Source of the DNA: Cyanophora paradoxa CCMP329
Lineage: Eukaryota > Plantae > Glaucophyta
Direction of reading: 5' to 3'
DNA: 64,000 nucleotides
Assembly (NCBI GenBank): GCA_004431415.1
Contig: QPMI01000709.1
Coordinates: 248,001-312,000, forward strand
A program made the position numbers and the translations under genes. Positions 1 through 12,527 of the stretch are shown here, in pieces (within the stretch, counting starts at the first letter, position 1; each line of letters opens with the position of its first letter). Below the pieces are notes generated by a model. It ran no database searches and had not been told where the DNA came from. It was given only the letters and a program-made list of their open reading frames with translations.

Positions 1-796
1 GGGGGGCACCGGGTGAGGACAAGCTGAAGGTGAGGGGGCCGTCTGTGGCACGAGGCGGCCGTCTGTGGCACGAGGCGGCCCTCCACGAAGGAGCGCACCA
101 CGTCGTCCCCGCGGCCAGGACGCGGATTCCCGGTCGCGCGCCGCGGGCGGCGACGGCTACGTCGGAGACATGCCGTCCCCGCCCCCGGGCCCCAGGAGGG
201 AGACGGGCTCCTCCTCGAACAGCTCCAGTGCCTGGCGTCAGCCTCCTCGAACAGCTCCAGCTCCTCGAGTCCGGTGGCCTAGCGGTGAGCCTCAGCAGGG
301 CGGGCACACGAGGCGGGATGAGCGCCCCGCCGTAAGGCGGGATGAGCCGTCCACGTGGTCGTAAGGCGGGATGAGCGCCCCGCCGCAGGGCGCGGGGTGG
401 GGTCTCCTTCACGATGCGGGCGCATTTCTGCAGGCGGGGCGGCGTGAGGGGCGGGTCAGAGCGCAGCGCTAGCTGAGGACGTCAGCTGCAGGGTGTTCAA
501 CGAGCCTGGCCCTTGACGGCTGGAGCGTTCTCAGGCACCACGATGTGGGGGGCGAGGGCCTGTGAACAAGGCACGCAAGAATGTGAACAAGGAACGCAAG
601 AAAACGAATGGTGCGCAGCGCGCCGCGGCGCGCCGGCTTAGCCGCGGAGTTTGACGTACCCTCGGCTTCCACTTCGGCGTGACTTCGCGGCAGCTGTAGC
701 ACAGCCAGAAACAACTCGCACGTCTCCTCTAGCTAGTCGGCGGACGGCGTGCCCTGAGCGGCCTTGGCGCGAATCTGACGCGGCGGGCGAGCGACC

Positions 797-2098
797 ATGC
801 TAGACCCGGCGCTCGAGCGTGCGCTGAAAGCGCCGGAGGATCGCAAGCTCCTCTTTAAGGTCCGCCCGCCCAAGCCTCGCCCGTGTTCGTCTGCCGACCC
901 CACCGCGCAGCTCGAAAACGAGCTGTTCGACTTCATCGATGACAAGGCGAGGTGCGTCGCTATCGATTCGACTCCCCGTCGAGCTGCCTCGCGGCCCTCC
1001 CCGTCCCTAGCCTAGTCACGGAGACCCGCGCCCGTCCTGCGCTGTGTACAGCATCGCTTGCGAGCCTCGCCATGGCGCAGGGGCGACGCGCTTCAGTTGC
1101 CGGCGATGAGCAGCTTCCACCGCTCGCTCGTCCAGAAGACGGCGGAGCGCTTCAAGCTGCGCTGCGTGCTGGAGGGGTCCGAGATCAACCCGCAGGTGAT
1201 CATCGAGCGCACTGCGAAGGCCGTCAAGCCCGCGCTGCGCTTCGTCGACTTCGTGCGCACGCCGCCTCGCCCTCGCCCAGCGCCCAGCGCCCAGCGCCCC
1301 GACGCGCGGCCGGCGGCAGATTCCGGATATGTTTGGCAAGCCGCCGCCGGTGACGCGCAAGCCGAAGCGCACGACGCCCAAGCGGCCCGAGCTGGGGCGC
1401 TACGTCCCGCCGTCGCGCCGGAAGCAGGAGCAGGCGGAGGAGGGCGAGGAAGAGGGGGAGGAGGAGGGCGAAGAGGACGAGGAGGACGAGGTCGAGGACG
1501 CGGAGGGCGAGGGCGACGGCGAGGAGGAGGCGGCCGCCGCCGCCGCCGCCGCCGCCGATGACGGGGAAGCTGAGAAGCCCAGCGGCGACAAGAGCGACGA
1601 GAAGCCGCGGAGGAGCGCTGCGAAGGAGGAAAGAGCGCCGGAGGCGGGCGCACCGGAGGGGCACGACGCGCCGCGGGAGCAGAGGCGGCGGGAGCGGGAG
1701 CGCGCGTCGCGGGGCCGCGAGTCGGAGGGCGCGCCGGCGGAGGAGGCGCCGGCCGCCGGCGGGGACCTGCGGAGCCTGATCGAGGCCCGCCGCTCCCGCG
1801 GCCGCGCCAGCGATGCATCCGAGGCCGCCGCCGACGCGCCGGCTGCCACGCCGCCCAAGCCGGCGGCCCCTGCGCTGCGGACCCTCGCGGAGGCGGCGGA
1901 GGGCGGGGAGCCGAGGCAGCAGCGGCCGTCCTCGGGGCGGCCCTTGGGCGGCGCGGAGGCGGCGGCGGCGGCGGCAGCGGAGGGCAAGAAGGGCCGCGGC
2001 GAGGAGCAGCGGGAGGCGCGGCCGAGCCGTGAGGGGCGGGGAGGAGGGCGCCCCAGCGGGGGCGAGGTCCCGTCTGCGGCGGCGGCCGGCGACGAGAA

Positions 2099-2136
<38 letters not shown>

Positions 2137-4775
2137 AGGGCGCGGAGGTCCATCGGGAGGGCGAGGCGGCGTCGGGGGGAGGGCAGCAGCGGCCGGGGCG
2201 GCTGAACGTGCGGGGCGCGCTCTTCTCGCGGGCGATGGGCCTCCCGGTCACGGAGAAGCCGCCCCGAAGCCCGTCCGGCACCGCTCCTCCGAGCGCAACG
2301 AGGACCCGGCCGGCGAGGCGGCGGCGGCCCCGGAGGAGGCGGCCCGGCCGGCGTCGGCCGCGGCGCGGGCGGGGGGCGGGCGAAGGCGGGGGCGGAGGCG
2401 CGGAGGGAGGAGGCGCCGGCGCAGCCGAAGAAGGGGGCGAGCTGGGGCGACCCGCCCGCGGCGCGGCGCTCCGAGGAGGGCGGCGACCGGCGCGCCGGCC
2501 GCGCGTCGGGCGGCGCGGCATCCGGCGAAGCGGCGGCGCCGCCGCGCGGGGAGCGGAGGAGCGACGCGGCGCGAGAGGACGGGGGCGGAAGGGCGCGACG
2601 TGGGGCGAGCCGGCGCCAGCCTCGGCCCGGGCTGGCGCCAAGGCCGATCGGGCGGAGGCCGCGCCGGCGCGCAAGAGCGACGCCGCTCCGGCGCGCAAGA
2701 GCGACGCGGCGCAGGAGGCCCCGCCGGCCCCGGCGTCGGCCCGGCCGCGAATCCCGCGCCGGCCCCGGCCGCGGACCCGGCCCCGGCCGCGGAGGCGGAG
2801 GCGGAGGCGGCGCCGGCGCCGGCGCCGGTGAAGAAGTCGTGGGCGGACGAGGTGGAGGGATCGAGACGCCGCCGCGGGCGCCGCTGCGGGCGCCGGCAAA
2901 GACGCGGGAGGACCCGCCCCGCGGCAGCGCGAGGAGGCGGCCCCCGCCAAGCGCGGCTCCAGCTGGGGCCAGCCCATCGAGCGCGCCCCCGCCGAGAAGA
3001 GCTACGGCGGCAAGGCCCCCGGCGGGCGGGACCGTAGCCCGCCGCGCGAGCGCGGGGCGGGGCGGGAGCGGAGCCCGCCCCGCAGCGGCGGCCGCGACAG
3101 GAGCCCCCGAGGGGCAGCGGGGGCGGCAGGCCGAGGGCCGCGGGTCGAGCTGGGGCGGGTCCGGCGGCGACTCGTGGTCCGCTGCCCCCGCTCTTCCCCC
3201 CTTCCTTGTCCGAGCGCCCGCGGCAGGTTCCACCACGACGAGCGGCGGGACAGCGGCAGGGGCGGGCGCGAGAGCGCCGGCGGCGGCAGCGGCAGCAGCG
3301 GCGGCGGCGGCGCCAAGGGCGGCCGGGAGAGCGGCGGCGGCGGCGCGCGGTGCGGCTTCCTTCTCCCCCCTGCCCTTTCCTGTACGACATCATCTGAAAG
3401 GGCTGCACGCGCAGGGGCGGCCACGGCCACGGGCCGGCGCCCGTGCCCGTGATCAAGCCCAAGCCCCTGGCCGTGCCGAACTGGGACGCCCCGGACCTCG
3501 GCCTCGACGCGGCCGCCAAGGCCAAGAAGGAGGGGGCCCGCGAGGCGGCGGCGAAGGGCGAGCGGGAGGGCGCGGACGGGGGCACGTGGTACGTCAAGGA
3601 CCGGGAGGAGGATGAGCCGCGGCAGCGCAAGCCGCAGGCCTCGGCCTCGGCCCCGGCGGCCCCGGCGGCCCCGACGGCGCCCCAGGCGGGCGGCGAGGAG
3701 AAGAAGGCCTTCAAGGTGCTGGACCTCACGGGGGACCTCCCCGCGCCCATCCCCGTCCCCTCCTCCTCCTCCGCCGCCTCTTCGAAGCCAAAGGAGCGTA
3801 ACATGGCGGTGCTGCTCGAGGACTACTCCGAGTTCGAGGGCGGCGCCTTCCAGGTGAGGGAGGGGCCTCTCGGGGCCCGACGACAGGCCTCGCCCGAGGG
3901 GAGCGCCGGGCGCGGCTGACGGCGGCGCTGCGGCAGCGGACGCGGGGGGAGTACCTCTCGGCGGGGACGGGCCACATCCTCGAGCTCCACGGGTTCGACT
4001 CCAGCCTCAAGACGCCCCAGGTGGCCCCGCTCCCTCAGGCCGCGCTCCCTTTCTCGCTGCGCGGCCCCCAGGGCCGATGGCACCCCAGGGGCTCGCCCCG
4101 TGCCTGACCCCTCCTCCCGGGGCCCGGTGCCGCGGGCAGATCGAGGCGCTGCTGGACACGTACATCGCGGGGGGCATGTGCCGCCTGAAGTGGGTCGACG
4201 ACACCCACTGCCTCGCCATCTTCCGCTCCTCCGACCTCGGTGCGCCCTTCTTACCTCTCTTGTCTCTCTCTCTCTCCCTCTCTCTTTCTGAGCCGGCGCC
4301 GCAGCGAAGAACGCGCTGAGCAAGGTCTCGAACCCCTTCTTCAAGCTGCGGCCGCTGGCGGACGCCTCCCAGGCCTCCCGCTCCGTCGCCGTCGCCGGCA
4401 CTTGCTCCCCCACTCCCGCTATCCTCCCCCCCTTCCTGACCGCCCGGGCCAGACGACGACGTCTCGTCGGCGGAGCGGCCGGCGACCGACGCGACCGTCG
4501 CCCACCGCATGATCAAGGTGCCGAGGCTTCTCCAGGCTGGCTGGCTGGCTGGGCCCCGAGGCTCACGCCGCGGGGCGCGCGCGCGGGCCGCAGAACCTGC
4601 TGAACATCCGGGAGCCGCGCAAGTCGCCCGCCGAGGCCGCCGCCGCCAAGGCCGAGCGCGACGCCCGCCGCTCCGCCGGCCGCCGCTCCGTGCGCGCTTC
4701 AAACTCCCTTCCCTTCTCGCCCCTCCCTCTGCTCATCCCAACGGGGGCCCGTTTCTGTTTTGCAGGGGGGCGTGA
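797..4775 (+). CDS. R3HCC1: Host multi-exon gene: R3H-domain protein with long low-complexity middle and C-terminal R3HCC1-like RRM
   Basis: R3H-like LPAMSSFHRSLVQKTAERFKL near the N-terminus; C-terminal exons read HILELHGFDSSLKT / LKWVDDTHCLAIF / FKLRPLADAS / RPATDATVAHRMIK, matching the R3HCC1 family pattern; short GT..AG introns. Exon limits approximate. Confidence 0.75.
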
Positions 4776-4925
4776 CGGCGAGCCCCAAGGCGGACGGGGC
4801 GTGGGACTCCGGCGACGAGGACCAGCCGTAGCGGAGCGCCAGTGGCCCCCAATTTCGGTCTCTGCCTCCACACAGTTTTGCAAGTGCAACACAGTTACAG
4901 ATCTAGAGGAAAACCACGGCTGCAG

Positions 4926-7821
4926 CTAGAGGAGGGCGAGGAGGGCGGCGAGGAGGGGCAGCGCGAGGGCCCAGGGCCCGGGGCGCCCTCCGGCCGCGGG
5001 GCCGGCGCCCGAGCTCGAGGGGCCATTCTGGAGGGCGGCGGGGGGCTGGAAGAGCCCGCCGGGGGGCGGCGCCAGGTCCGCCGCGGAGCCGGGGGCGCCC
5101 AGGCCCGGCGAGGGCAGCGGGCTCCCGAACGCCGGCTCCCTGCCAGGCGCCTAATAAGCTGAAGAAGAAGAGAGAAGAGGGTTGGCTTTGGGGGGTACGG
5201 GCACGGGCACCGGTCGGGGGCGGAGGCGAGGCCGATGGCGCCGAGGCGGCGGTCGAAGACGGGCGCGTAGCTCCGGAAGAAGAGCGCACCGAGCACGAAC
5301 CCCGGCGGGCTGAGAGGGCTGGATCAGGAGTGGGGAGGATAGACGAGCGGGACTCTGAGAGGGGCGCACGCGCGGCTCGTGTTGCTGCGAACGAAGGTCT
5401 GGAAGCCGAAGAGGCACTCGCCGGAGCCGCCGAGGGAGGAGGGTACAGCGAAGACGTAGTCGGCGGGGCTCAGGAAGATCGGCACGGGCCCGAGATCGAA
5501 AGTGATGTTCGGGAGGCGGCCCGCCCTCCCGCAGTCGAAGGGGAGCTCCGTAAAATCTCTGGTGAAAAAATGAGGGGGGCAATAAGGCGGAGGGGGGTAA
5601 GGGCGCGCGTGAAGTTGGCGGGCGGCTCCATGCCGATCGCGTCCATTAGGATCCTCTGGATTTCCACCCCGTCGTCTGATATTGTTCGATTCGGAATAAG
5701 AGAACGGGGGAATTTGAGCGAGGGGGGTACAGCAGTGCCCGCGCACCCTCCGGGATGGCGAGAAGGGAGGTTCCAGAGTCGATGACGGCGAAGCAGACGC
5801 CTTCCTCGGGGCCCCCGCAGCCGCCCTGGGCAGAAGACGATATCTTAGACTTGGGCAGAGGGCGCGGGGGGTACGGCGCACGACGGGGCGGCCGTCGAGG
5901 GTCACGTTGGCGAGGGGTACGGCCCAGTAGCTGTCGCTCGCGATGGGGGCCCAGTAGTAAGTGCGGTTCAGATCTCGCCCCCCGAAAACCATCTGAGCCG
6001 CCTTGATCATGAGCTTGAGCGGTCTTGGGGAGGGCGGGTGGGCAAAGGGGGTACGCGCGATGCTCTGGGGGCTGCCGGGGTCGGAGGAGGGGGAGGGTAC
6101 GAGGTAGAAGGAGGCCTCGGCGAAGGGTAGAACGTTCTGCGGGAGCCCGCTCTCAGAGCCTCGAGCTAATGATCATGATCATAGAAGAAGGGCCCGCGGA
6201 CGCTCGCGTCCCGGCTGTCGTTGTGCTGCCTCTTATCGTAGGATCCCGAAGGGGGTACGGTGCGCGGACCTGGAGGAAGCCGTTCTCGAGGATGGTGGCG
6301 CCCTCGTCGGCCCCGGACTCGGCGCTCGTCGGGCCCAGGCCCAAGATCCCCGAGATCGGGTCCGACGTCTGAGGGCGAGGGCCCCGTGGTTCAGCGATTC
6401 GGTGGCTCAGTGATGCGAAGATTCGATGCGGGGGGGCGCCGTGCTTAAAGCAAGTAAGGGGAAGCTTGAGATATCGAGGGGGGCCGGCGGGGGCGGGGCG
6501 GGGCGGGGGCGGGGGCGGGGCGGGGGCGGCGCGCGGCGCTGAATGTCTCGGCGTCGATGTGCGTCGCCAGGGCCACCGGCTGCCGGGGCTAACATCAGAT
6601 CGGAGATCAGATCAGACTCGTCGGAGCGAGGCTCAGATCAGATCGGCGCCCGTGACCAAAGGAGGGGAGGGGGGAGGGGGGGGGGGGGAGGGGAGAGAGA
6701 GGGGGGGGGGGGGAGGAGGGGAGGGGGGCTTTGCTCGCCTGGTTCCTCACAGTGACGTTCCCGACGGTGACGGTGTCGACGCCGAGCTGCCCCCGGGCCC
6801 CCGCCCCGCAGGCAAAGAGAGAAGGTCACACGGGATCGATGGTTTCGAACTTCGGAAGGCGTTAGGGCGGACCGAGCCGAGGAAGTAGCTGCGAACGAAA
6901 CAATCGGAAGCCGTCGGGGGATCCGGAGAGGAGGGCCAAAGAGGGGGGGGTACGCGCACCCGATGCCGTAGCGGACGGCGACCTGGGGCGGGGTCTCCCC
7001 CGCCGTGGTCGCGTTCGCGAAGGTCGAGGACGCCTGCGCCGAAACATTCTGAGGCGGTCCGGGGCGAGCAAGGGTATGTGCAGGCGCACGAAGGGGTTGA
7101 AGAGGCGGCCACCGGCGCACGACCGGTCGCAGAGGACGCTCTGGCTCATATGATCAGGTGGCAATGTCGAAGTTCGAGCCCGGCGCGCGAGAGCGGTTCC
7201 CACCTTCACCCACGTCAGCGTACTCCCCGTATCTGGAACGACACCGAAGGACTGCGGCGGGGTTCCGATCGAAAGCGTGTTCAAGAGACCGACCTGCGCA
7301 TGCGCGCGCGAGAATCGAACATCGAGCGCGGCGTGCGCCGGCTCCCGGCCGCGGGCGCTGGCCATGGCCGTCGACGCCCCCCGCTTGGGCTGGAGACGTG
7401 CGCACAAACGAGTCGACCAGAGGCACGGCGGTCGCCCCGGGCGTAATGTTCATCGTTTTGAGTGTTTCCTGATGCACGAGCAGCTGTGCCGGCGAGTGAG
7501 GAAGAGAGCGCCGCAGCCAGCCGGCGCTGCAAAGAGCAGCGCGCACGCGTCGTGTTCCGCCGGCGTCCAGCGCGAACGGCTGCGCAGCGGCGGCGTGCGC
7601 GGAGAGAAGCCGGGGTGGTCCGCCCGCCGGCAGCGAGCGCCTCCCGGCGCGGGCTAGCGCATCAGCGACCTGTGTGACCGCATCGTAATCTCAGCGCGCC
7701 GAGGGCCCGCGCGCGCCGGCCGCACCTGTTTGTCGTGGAAACGGACGCTCTGTTTCTGCGCGGCGCTCACGCTGGCCGCAAGGAGAGCGAGCAGGAGAGC
7801 CGTGAAGCGTGTCGCGCGCAT
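4926..7821 (-). CDS. Host multi-exon gene: secreted pepsin-family (A1) aspartic protease
   Basis: Signal peptide MRATRFTALLLALLAASVSA at 7821; SIGTPPQSFGVVPDTGS (first catalytic Asp); VRYGIG flap; DGILGLG; SYWAVPL; AVIDSGTS (second catalytic Asp); LPNITF; VLGALFFRSYAPVFDR..AIGLA. Confidence 0.9.
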
Positions 7822-7905
7822 CGCTGCCAGGCCACTGGGCTGCGCGCGTGAGGACGGCAGTTTTTTTTCACTCGGGGGGTAGGGCAAACCTTGGTCCGCG
7901 CCGAA

Positions 7906-10571
7906 ATGAAGAAGAAGGCGCAGAAGGAGGATTCCGATGCGTCCGACGCGTCCGACGCTTCCCTTGAGGAGGTTCCGGTGCGTCGCTCTCGGGCTGCGGC
8001 GCTGCCAGCGCAAAGTGAACGCTGCGCCGCAGAAGCCGAAGCGCGCGAAGAAGGATGCGGGCGGCAAGGCGAAGCCGAACGAAGATCCGCTAGAGAAGGC
8101 GACGCGCGAGGAGTCCGCCCGCCTCGCGCGGGAAGCGTACAAGACCGAGACGCTGCGGAAGCAGCGGCCCGACGTGTACGGCGTCCTCAAGCCGCCGCCG
8201 GGTGCCTGCGGCGGCCATTCGGGGTGCTCTGATCTGAGGCCGGGGGCGTGCTCGCAGCGCTGCGGAAGCTCGACGGCTGCGACGTGGTGAAGAAGCGCGG
8301 CAAGGCCGGCCACACGGGCCGATACCTCTTTGTCTTTCCCGTGCGCGAAGCTGCCCCGGTCCTCTGCGCGCGCCGAGCGGGCCGCAGGGCGAGCTCTCGG
8401 AGGGCAAGGCGGGCGGGAAGATGGGGACCCTGGAGCACCTGGACACCCCGAACCCCGTGCTGCATTTGGAGTACCCGGAGGGCCGGCTGCGGCTGCGGGG
8501 CACGCTCATGTACCCCAAGGCTCGGTACCTCACGCTGCAGTGCGCGCCGCGGCGCGGGGTGGCCCAGTGCTCCGACCCCTTCGAGACCCTCGTCGTCTTC
8601 TCGGAGGCGAGCCGCGCGCCCCTCCCTTCTCCCTGCTCTTCTCCTCCTCCTCCCCCTTCCGCGCCCTCTCTGCTGACCGGGGCGGCGGGGGCAGGCGGCG
8701 TGGGTGGGCAAGCCGGAGGAGAACCCGGACGGCAAGGCCCTGGAGCTCCCAGAGCACCTCAAGTGGACGGCGCGCCGGCGCTCCCTCGTTCCCTCTCGCG
8801 CGCGCCCGTTCTGAGCGCCCGGCGCGCAGGCGGAGAAGGCTGCGTCGCTTCCCAAGTCGGGCGAGCAGCAGCAGCAGCAGGCGCGGCGCTCCTCCGGCGC
8901 GCCGGGGGCCAGGGCCGGCCCCGGCGCCGGCGGGGAAGAGGAGGAGGAGGACGAGGTGGAGGACGGAAGCTCGGGCGGGGAGAGCGATGGGGCGGAGGCG
9001 GGGGCGGCGGCCGGCGCCCCGCGGCGGCACTCGGCGCGGGTGGCGGCGGACGGCCCGCAGCGCAAATCGTACAAGGAGCAGCAGGGCTCCGACGACGACG
9101 AGGGCGAGGGCGAGGGCGAGGAGAGCGACGCGGAGGGGGGGAGCGGCTCCGACGCCGGTGCGGGGGTACCCCCCCTTGCGCCCGCCCCTCCCGCGCGGAC
9201 CCTCCCGGCAGAGGGCGCAGGCCCGAAACGGGGCAAGAGCAAGGCGGCGGCCGCCGCTGCGCCGTCCAAGCCGAAAGGTGCCGGCCGCAGCCCCGCTCCG
9301 CGTCTCGTCTCCGGGGTACGCGGCCGACGCTGACGGGGCCGACCGGGGGTACAGAGCCGAAGCAGCAGGCGGACTGGGGGTTCCTGATGGGCGGCAAGGG
9401 CCCCGCCGCGGGCCCGGCTAAGGGCGCGCCCGGTACGCGCCGCACCGCCGATCTCGTCGTGCACGCCCATCCCCTGACGTCGGCGTACCTCCCCCCTCTC
9501 AGGAGGCAAGGCGGAGGACAAGGACAAGGCGAAGAAAGACGGGGCGGAGGAGGCGGAGAAGGCGGGCAAGCCTGGGAAGAAGCGGGAGGGGGAGGGGGAG
9601 GCCGGGCGCAAGCCGAAGAAGTCGACGGGCGGGGAGAAGGCCGAGGAGAAGAAGAAGGGCGCGCATGGGGCCGGGCCGGGCCGGGCCGGGCGAGCGGCGC
9701 CGTCCTGAACTCGGAATCACTCGGTGCGCAGGCACCGGGAAGGGGGCGGCGGCGGCAGCGGCTGTCATATCACTGGACGCGAGCGACGGGGAGGAGGAGG
9801 AGGAGGAGAAGGAAGAGGAGAAGGGCGGCAAGGCCAGCGGCAAGAAGGGCGGGGGCAAGGCCGGCGGCAAGGGCGGCGAGGGCAAGGGGCGCGCGGGGGG
9901 CTCGGGGCCCAGCAAAGGGGGGGCCTCGGGGGCCCCCGGCGCCGCCGGGGCGCCCCCCAAGGCGAAGAGCAGCAAGCCGGTGGTCCTGGACGAGGAGGAC
10001 GAGGAGGACGAGTTCGGCTTCGCGGACGCGTGCGCCCGCCCCGCCCCGCCCCGCCCCGTGCGATCCAAGCAGAGGCTGCATCGGGATTCAGACGGCCCCT
10101 AGATGGAAACAGAGGTGCTATCTAGAATTTGGACGGCCCCAAGATGTAAATAGAGGGTTCACGAATATTTAGACGGCCCTTGGTTTGATTCGCGTGCCCC
10201 CGCAGGTGGGATGCGGTGGAGCAGCAGCGGGCCAAGGCCAAGACGCCCCCTCGCCCGGCGCCGGCGCCGGCCGCCGCGAGGGCCTCCGCCCCCTCCTCCT
10301 CCGCCGCCCCCGCTGCCCCCGCCCAGGGGCCCTCCTCCCCCGGCTCCCTCTTCGCCCCGCCCCCCCCCGCAGCCTCCGGCCCGAGCGCCAAGGCGCCCCC
10401 TTCTTCGGCGGGGGCGGGGGCGGGGCGGGGCGCCAAGCAGGGGACCCTGGACGGCTTCCTACGGGCCAGCTCCAAGGTGCGCCCGCCGCCCCGCGCCCCC
10501 CGCCCCGGCCCCGCCCTGCCCCGGCCCCGGCCCGGCCCCGCGGCTCATCGCCGTCGCGGTCGTTCCAGTGA
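7906..10571 (+). CDS. RHL1: Host multi-exon gene: RHL1-like DNA-binding protein (topoisomerase VI accessory subunit)
   Basis: GRYLFVFP..GKMGTLEHLDTPNPVLHLEYPEGRLRLRGTLMYPKARYLTLQ..CSDPFETLVVFSEA..WVGKPEENPD matches the plant RHL1 core as I recall it; Lys/acidic low-complexity tail; head-to-head with the protease gene (84 bp apart). Confidence 0.85.
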
Positions 10572-11868
10572 ACCGCAAGCCCCGTCGCGCGCGCCAGCCT
10601 TGGATCGGGAGGCTCTGGCGGCGGTGCGCGGCCGGCCGCAGGGCCCGCCGCCGCGGCTCGGAGTTCACGAGTCAGCAGGCTGAGAGGCCCGGCGCGGCCC
10701 ACCCCGCCGTCCGGCCGGCGCGGCCGGGCCGGCCCCGCGGCCGCGACTCCCGACTCCCGAGTCCGTACTACGGTATCCCGCGAGGCCGGGGCGCCCGTGT
10801 CCGACTCGCCGCGGCTTGATTGAACTCGCCCGGCCGCCGCCGAGTCGCTTGAGCTTCAATTCAGGCTTCGTGTTTAGCAATTAGAGCTTGGAAGGTTCAC
10901 GGTTCCCCACTTTTGGAAATTCTTCAATTGCACATCAAACGTTGCAATTAGCCATCGCCGTCGCCATCGACGTGCGGCCCGGTCCGACGGTCCGACGGTC
11001 GACGTCCGGCAGCCCGGCCCGGGGCCGGCGCCCCGCGTCCGAACTCGGAGCCTCGGAGCTCAGAACTTGGAAGCCGCCGCCGTCGCCCGCGGCCGGCCCG
11101 GCGGCAGGCCGCGCGCGCGGCCGCCGGGCTGGCGGCGAGCCTGGCGCCCCGCGGCGGGTCGGCCGGGCGCACGGTTTACAAGTTCAGACTCTCTCAGACT
11201 TTGACGGGTACTACCACCACACAATTAACTTACCATAACTTGAAGACTTGATCATGAAGCCGCCTAGAAGTTGAACTTGTTTAACAAATGTTGTGTTGCA
11301 AAAACTTGCAATTGAAATCACAATGAACTTGAATGAAGTACTAGTGTAGTACTATAGTGGTAGTGCTAAAGGGCTAGTGTTACCAGAAAAAAGCAAAGCT
11401 GGCCAGTACTAGTGATCGATTCAGATCGAAATGCGAAGTGATGTAAATGGACGAAAAGACCACCAAAATACACGGGTGTTAGCAATTAATATTGCAATTC
11501 CTGACAACGACAAATATTGAGAAACAACACACATGCATGCGAAGGGGTACGCTCTGTAACAAATAAATCGAAAACGATGTATACATGTACATGCATATGT
11601 CTCAACAAAGATAACATTGGTTTGATTTGTTTTGGATGATAATAATTTAAAGGCTTGCACGTGCAGAAAATTAACATGTACTGTCCGATCGCGACTTCTC
11701 GATACCGATGAGAGACTATTCAGAGTCTCTGTTGACGTCACCGAGGATCCGGAAAACCTCTGTTTACGTAAAAGTGGCCTTTCGAGGTATCGAAGGAACT
11801 GAGCTCGCGGGTCAAGCCTCAAGCCCGGCCAGGCTGGCACTTCAGCTAGCGCTGCAGCTGCAGTCTGC

Positions 11869-11921
11869 AACTGCCGGCTAACTGCCGGCTAACTGCCGGC
11901 TAGCTGCCGGCTAACTGCCGG
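11869..11921. repeat. Short tandem repeat, 11-bp unit AACTGCCGGCT, about 5 copies
   Basis: Read directly from the sequence. Confidence 0.8.
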
Positions 11922-12131
11922 CCCGGCGCGCGGCTAATTACTAAGAAAAGTTACATGCAAGTTGCAATATTAATTGGGCTCATGGTTTATCATAGTATTC
12001 TATAGCTACGTATACGATCATCGGATATCGATCGATACTTATAATTAACTATGATAGCAGGCTGTTAATTAAATAACAGCGCCAGCTTAAGCTTGTTCAC
12101 AGGCGGCTTACAGCTGCAGGCGGCTTACAGC

Positions 12132-12527
12132 TAGGGTTGGTGAATTTCATGAAATTCAAAAATTTGGCGTTGAAACTGAAAGTCGACCCTTTGAAAGCTT
12201 TGAAAATTCAATTGAAATTTCAATCCGCAGTGCAGCACTTGCAGAGACCCCACGCACTGCGGAGAGTCTCTTTCACTCTGAATTGTCTCTAATCGACTTC
12301 ACTCTCACTCTCTGAGTCTCTTTACGGGCTGGGAGGGCTCCCGGGAAGGCCGGAGGGGCTGGGAAGGGGAAGCTGAGCTCGAGGGTGCGAAAACGGAGAA
12401 ATTCAATATATTTTATTATTTTTATATTCTATTTCAATGCAATTTCAACGGGCGGCGTTGAAATTGAAATTGAATTTTCAATTTCAATGCAATTTCAATG
12501 GCTTGAAATTTCAAGCTGCCAACCCTA
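12132..12527. mobile_element. Non-autonomous hAT-type MITE (396 bp)
   Basis: Termini TAGGGTTGG...CCAACCCTA; exact 8-bp TSD CTTACAGC at 12124-12131 and 12528-12535; clustered subterminal TTGAAA/TTTCAA motifs; no ORF. Confidence 0.85.

Noticed and set aside
1-720. Possible partial host gene at the window start
   Set aside because: Coding-like GC-rich sequence with splice-like signals, but no recognisable motif; strand and frame cannot be supported.
1000-10900. Many long Arg/Pro/Gly/Ala-rich ORFs on both strands
   Set aside because: Shadow frames caused by very high GC; the real genes are spliced and listed as features.
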